From a virus (taxonomy: Duplodnaviria > Heunggongvirae > Uroviricota > Caudoviricetes): 23,468 bases of DNA. The notes under the pieces were generated by a model that had not been told where the DNA came from, searched no databases, and was given only the letters and a program-made list of their open reading frames with translations. Below are positions 18,584 through 23,468 of this stretch, in pieces. The DNA is taken from IMG/VR virus record IMGVR_UViG_2606217174_000011, one strand, 5' to 3'. How positions within the stretch are numbered: the stretch's first letter is position 1; each line of letters opens with the position of its first letter. Position numbers and translations under genes: made by a program.

Positions 18584-18979
18584 TTACACTGGTGTGTTCA
18601 GCAAATCGTTAACGGCATCAGATGCCGGGTTACCTGCAGCCAGCGGTGCCGGTGCCCCCTGCATCAGACGATCCAGCGCAGTGTCACTGCGCGCCTGTGC
18701 ACTCTGTGGTGCAGCTGCCAGAATGCGGCGGGCCGTTTCCACGGTCATACCGGGGGTTTCTGCCAGCACGCGGGCCTGTTCTTCGCGTCCGTGAGCCTCC
18801 TCACAGTTGAGGATCCCCATAATGCGGCTGTTTTCTGCCGCAACCGCTGCGGTGATCTGCGCGTTCACGTCCGGCTGCGCCGCGCTGGCGTTTTCGCCCT
18901 CCGTCGCTGGCACCACGTCAGTAACGTCAGTCTGCGAAGCAGTGGCTGAAACAGTTGTTGATTGAGTCTCTTTGGTCAT
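18584..18979 (-). CDS. Nu3: Scaffolding protein Nu3, in-frame internal start within the C 3' end
   Basis: An internal Met (MTKETQSTTVSATASQ...) 131 codons from the C stop, consistent with the nested C/Nu3 arrangement known for lambda; the start is inferred only. Confidence 0.5.
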   Translation of the reverse strand: MTKETQSTTVSATASQTDVTDVVPATEGENASAAQPDVNAQITAAVAAENSRIMGILNCEEAHGREEQARVLAETPGMTVETARRILAAAPQSAQARSDTALDRLMQGAPAPLAAGNPASDAVNDLLNTPV

Positions 18980-19883
18980 TCGCCCTCCTGAGAGACGGGA
19001 TTTACGCGCATCCAGTGCATCACGCATGACGGTGATCGCATCGGTGCTGTTAACAAGTTCATCAGCCAGTCCGGCATCAATGGCCTCCTGACCGCTGTAC
19101 ACTGCAGCCTCGGTATCCAGCACAGCCTGCACAGACAGGCCGGTATATGCCGACACCTTCTGTGCAAACATCCGGCGGGTTGCGTCCATCCGGGACTGCA
19201 GTGTCTCCCGGACGTCATCCGGAAGATGGCTGTAGGGATTGCCATCCACCTTATGGCTGCCGCTGTAAATCAGCGTGATTTCCACACCCTGTTTCTCCAG
19301 GGCAGCACCGTAATTACTGTGAGCCATCATGACGCCGATGGAGCCTGTCCGGGCGGTCTGCGTGACCAGACGCCGGGAGGCGGCACTGGCAAGCAGCTGA
19401 CCTGCACTGCAGTTCATGTCGTTGGCCAGCGCCCATACCGGTTTTATGTCACGCACACGGGCGATGATGTCAGCGCAGTCAAATGCCCCCGCCACCATTC
19501 CGCCTGGCGTGTCCATATCGAGCAGAATGCCGTCCACCATCGGGTCGCTGGCAGCCTGTTGCAGACGGGCGATAATGCCGTTGTAACCGGTCATCCCCGA
19601 GTACGGCTGCAGCGCCCGCGTCCGGCTGACCAGCGTGCCGGACACCGGCAGCACGGCGATGCCGTTCATGACCTGATAACTGCGGGCCTGTCGTGGTCCG
19701 TCATCATCACCGGATAATGCCAGCGTCGCGAGTGCCTCCTGGGCAGTCAGGCTGTCGCCGGACACCGCATCCGTCAGGCGGCTGATCCCAAGCTGGCCTG
19801 CAAGCGCACAAAAGAAAACCCGCGCATAGGCGGGTTCAAGCATCAGCGGCTCATTAAAGGCCATGCTGGCAATATGCGGGAGA

Positions 19884-19903
<20 letters not shown>
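18584..19903 (-). CDS. C: Capsid assembly protease / scaffold protein C
   Basis: Track ORF is 484 aa; the recalled lambda C (439 aa) aligns from VTAELRNLPHIASMAFNEPL..., so the start is inferred as GTG 45 codons into the ORF, overlapping the B 3' end. The exact start is uncertain. Confidence 0.8.
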
Positions 19904-22158
<2,255 letters not shown>

Positions 22159-22181
22159 CATAAGCGCTAACTTAAGGGTTG
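22159..22181. repeat. IS186 left terminal inverted repeat
   Basis: CATAAGCGCTAACTTAAGGGTTG located immediately at the break in the A reading frame. Confidence 0.7.
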
Positions 22182-22213
22182 TGGTATTACGCCTGATATG
22201 ATTTAACGTGCCG

Positions 22214-23326
22214 ATGAATTACTCTCACGATAACTGGTCAGCAATTCTGGCCCATATTGGTAAGCCCGAAGAACTGGATACTTCGGCACGTAATGCCGGG
22301 GCTCTAACCCGCCGCCGCGAAATTCGTGATGCTGCAACTCTGCTACGTCTGGGGCTGGCTTACGGCCCCGGGGGGATGTCATTACGTGAAGTCACTGCAT
22401 GGGCTCAGCTCCATGACGTTGCAACATTATCTGACGTGGCTCTCCTGAAGCGGCTGCGGAATGCCGCCGACTGGTTTGGCATACTTGCCGCACAAACACT
22501 TGCTGTACGCGCCGCAGTTACGGGTTGTACAAGCGGAAAGAGATTGCGTCTTGTCGATGGAACAGCAATCAGTGCGCCCGGGGGCGGCAGCGCTGAATGG
22601 CGACTACATATGGGATATGATCCTCATACCTGTCAGTTCACTGATTTTGAGCTAACCGACAGCAGAGACGCTGAACGGCTGGACCGATTTGCGCAAACGG
22701 CAGACGAGATACGCATTGCTGACCGGGGATTCGGTTCGCGTCCCGAATGTATCCGCTCACTTGCTTTTGGAGAAGCTGATTATATCGTCCGGGTTCACTG
22801 GCGAGGATTGCGCTGGTTAACTGCAGAAGGAATGCGCTTTGACATGATGGGTTTTCTGCGCGGGCTGGATTGCGGTAAGAACGGTGAAACCACTGTAATG
22901 ATAGGCAATTCAGGTAATAAAAAAGCCGGAGCTCCCTTTCCGGCACGTCTCATTGCCGTATCACTTCCTCCCGAAAAAGCATTAATCAGTAAAACCCGAC
23001 TGCTCAGCGAGAATCGTCGAAAAGGACGAGTAGTTCAGGCGGAAACGCTGGAAGCAGCGGGCCATGTGCTATTGCTAACATCATTACCGGAAGATGAATA
23101 TTCAGCAGAGCAAGTGGCTGATTGTTACCGTCTGCGATGGCAAATTGAACTGGCTTTTAAGCGGCTCAAAAGTTTGCTGCACCTGGATGCTTTGCGTGCA
23201 AAGGAACCTGAACTCGCGAAAGCGTGGATATTTGCTAATCTACTCGCCGCATTTTTAATTGACGACATAATCCAGCCATCGCTGGATTTCCCCCCCAGAA
23301 GTGCCGGATCCGAAAAGAAGAACTAA
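22214..23326 (+). CDS. insL: IS186 / IS4-family DDE transposase
   Basis: Track ORF 22208..23326 starts at GTG; the ATG two codons in gives MNYSHDNWSAILAHIGKPEELDTSARNAG..., 370 aa, recognised from memory as the IS186 transposase. Confidence 0.8.
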   Translation: MNYSHDNWSAILAHIGKPEELDTSARNAGALTRRREIRDAATLLRLGLAYGPGGMSLREVTAWAQLHDVATLSDVALLKRLRNAADWFGILAAQTLAVRAAVTGCTSGKRLRLVDGTAISAPGGGSAEWRLHMGYDPHTCQFTDFELTDSRDAERLDRFAQTADEIRIADRGFGSRPECIRSLAFGEADYIVRVHWRGLRWLTAEGMRFDMMGFLRGLDCGKNGETTVMIGNSGNKKAGAPFPARLIAVSLPPEKALISKTRLLSENRRKGRVVQAETLEAAGHVLLLTSLPEDEYSAEQVADCYRLRWQIELAFKRLKSLLHLDALRAKEPELAKAWIFANLLAAFLIDDIIQPSLDFPPRSAGSEKKN

Positions 23327-23468
23327 CTCGTTGTGGAGAATAACAAAAATGGTCATCTGGAGCTTACAGGTGGCCATTCGTGGGACAGTATCCCTGACAG
23401 CCTACAAAACGCAATTGAAGAACGCGAGGCATCGTCTTAACGAGGCACCGAGGCGTCGCATTCTTCAG

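Larger units (their letters stand above)
22159..23468 (+). mobile_element. IS186-like insertion sequence (IS4 family), left end present, right end beyond the window
   Basis: Terminal sequence CATAAGCGCTAACTTAAGGGTTG at 22159..22181 matches the IS186 inverted repeat as recalled; a single transposase ORF follows; the flanking target is G/C-rich (GGGGATCACCCG). At a recalled element length of about 1.34 kb, roughly 30 bp are missing at the right. Confidence 0.8.

Noticed and set aside
19226-19717. 163-aa plus-strand ORF
   Set aside because: Antisense to C.
22638-22946. 102-aa minus-strand ORF inside the IS element
   Set aside because: Antisense to the transposase gene.

Overview
This window is the late (morphogenesis) region of a lambda-like prophage of Escherichia coli, almost entirely encoded on the minus strand. 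In transcription order (high to low coordinates) it carries a terminase large-subunit (A) remnant, W, B, C/Nu3, D, E, FI, FII, Z, U, V, G/G-T, H, M, L, K, I, J, lom, a long side tail fibre gene (stf) and tfa. It then continues into an inverted second tfa' plus an stf' C-terminal cassette on the plus strand, which runs off the left edge. The right end is an IS186-like insertion sequence that interrupts A about 157 codons before its end and runs off the window, so the prophage is probably packaging-defective. The most notable feature is a 26-bp Gin/Pin-type crossover site inside stf (2743..2768), which together with the inverted tfa'-stf' cassette indicates an invertible host-range switch; the partner site and the invertase should lie left of position 1. 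Other points are a J C-terminus and stf that appear to differ from lambda (from recall), an extended K reading frame with a complete JAMM-like motif, the G-T frameshift site, and terminator-like hairpins bracketing lom and following D and E. Gene identities were assigned from recalled lambda protein sequences and sizes, with no database search. Coordinates of CDSs follow the supplied ORF track; hairpin and site coordinates were hand-indexed and may be off by 1-2 nt.
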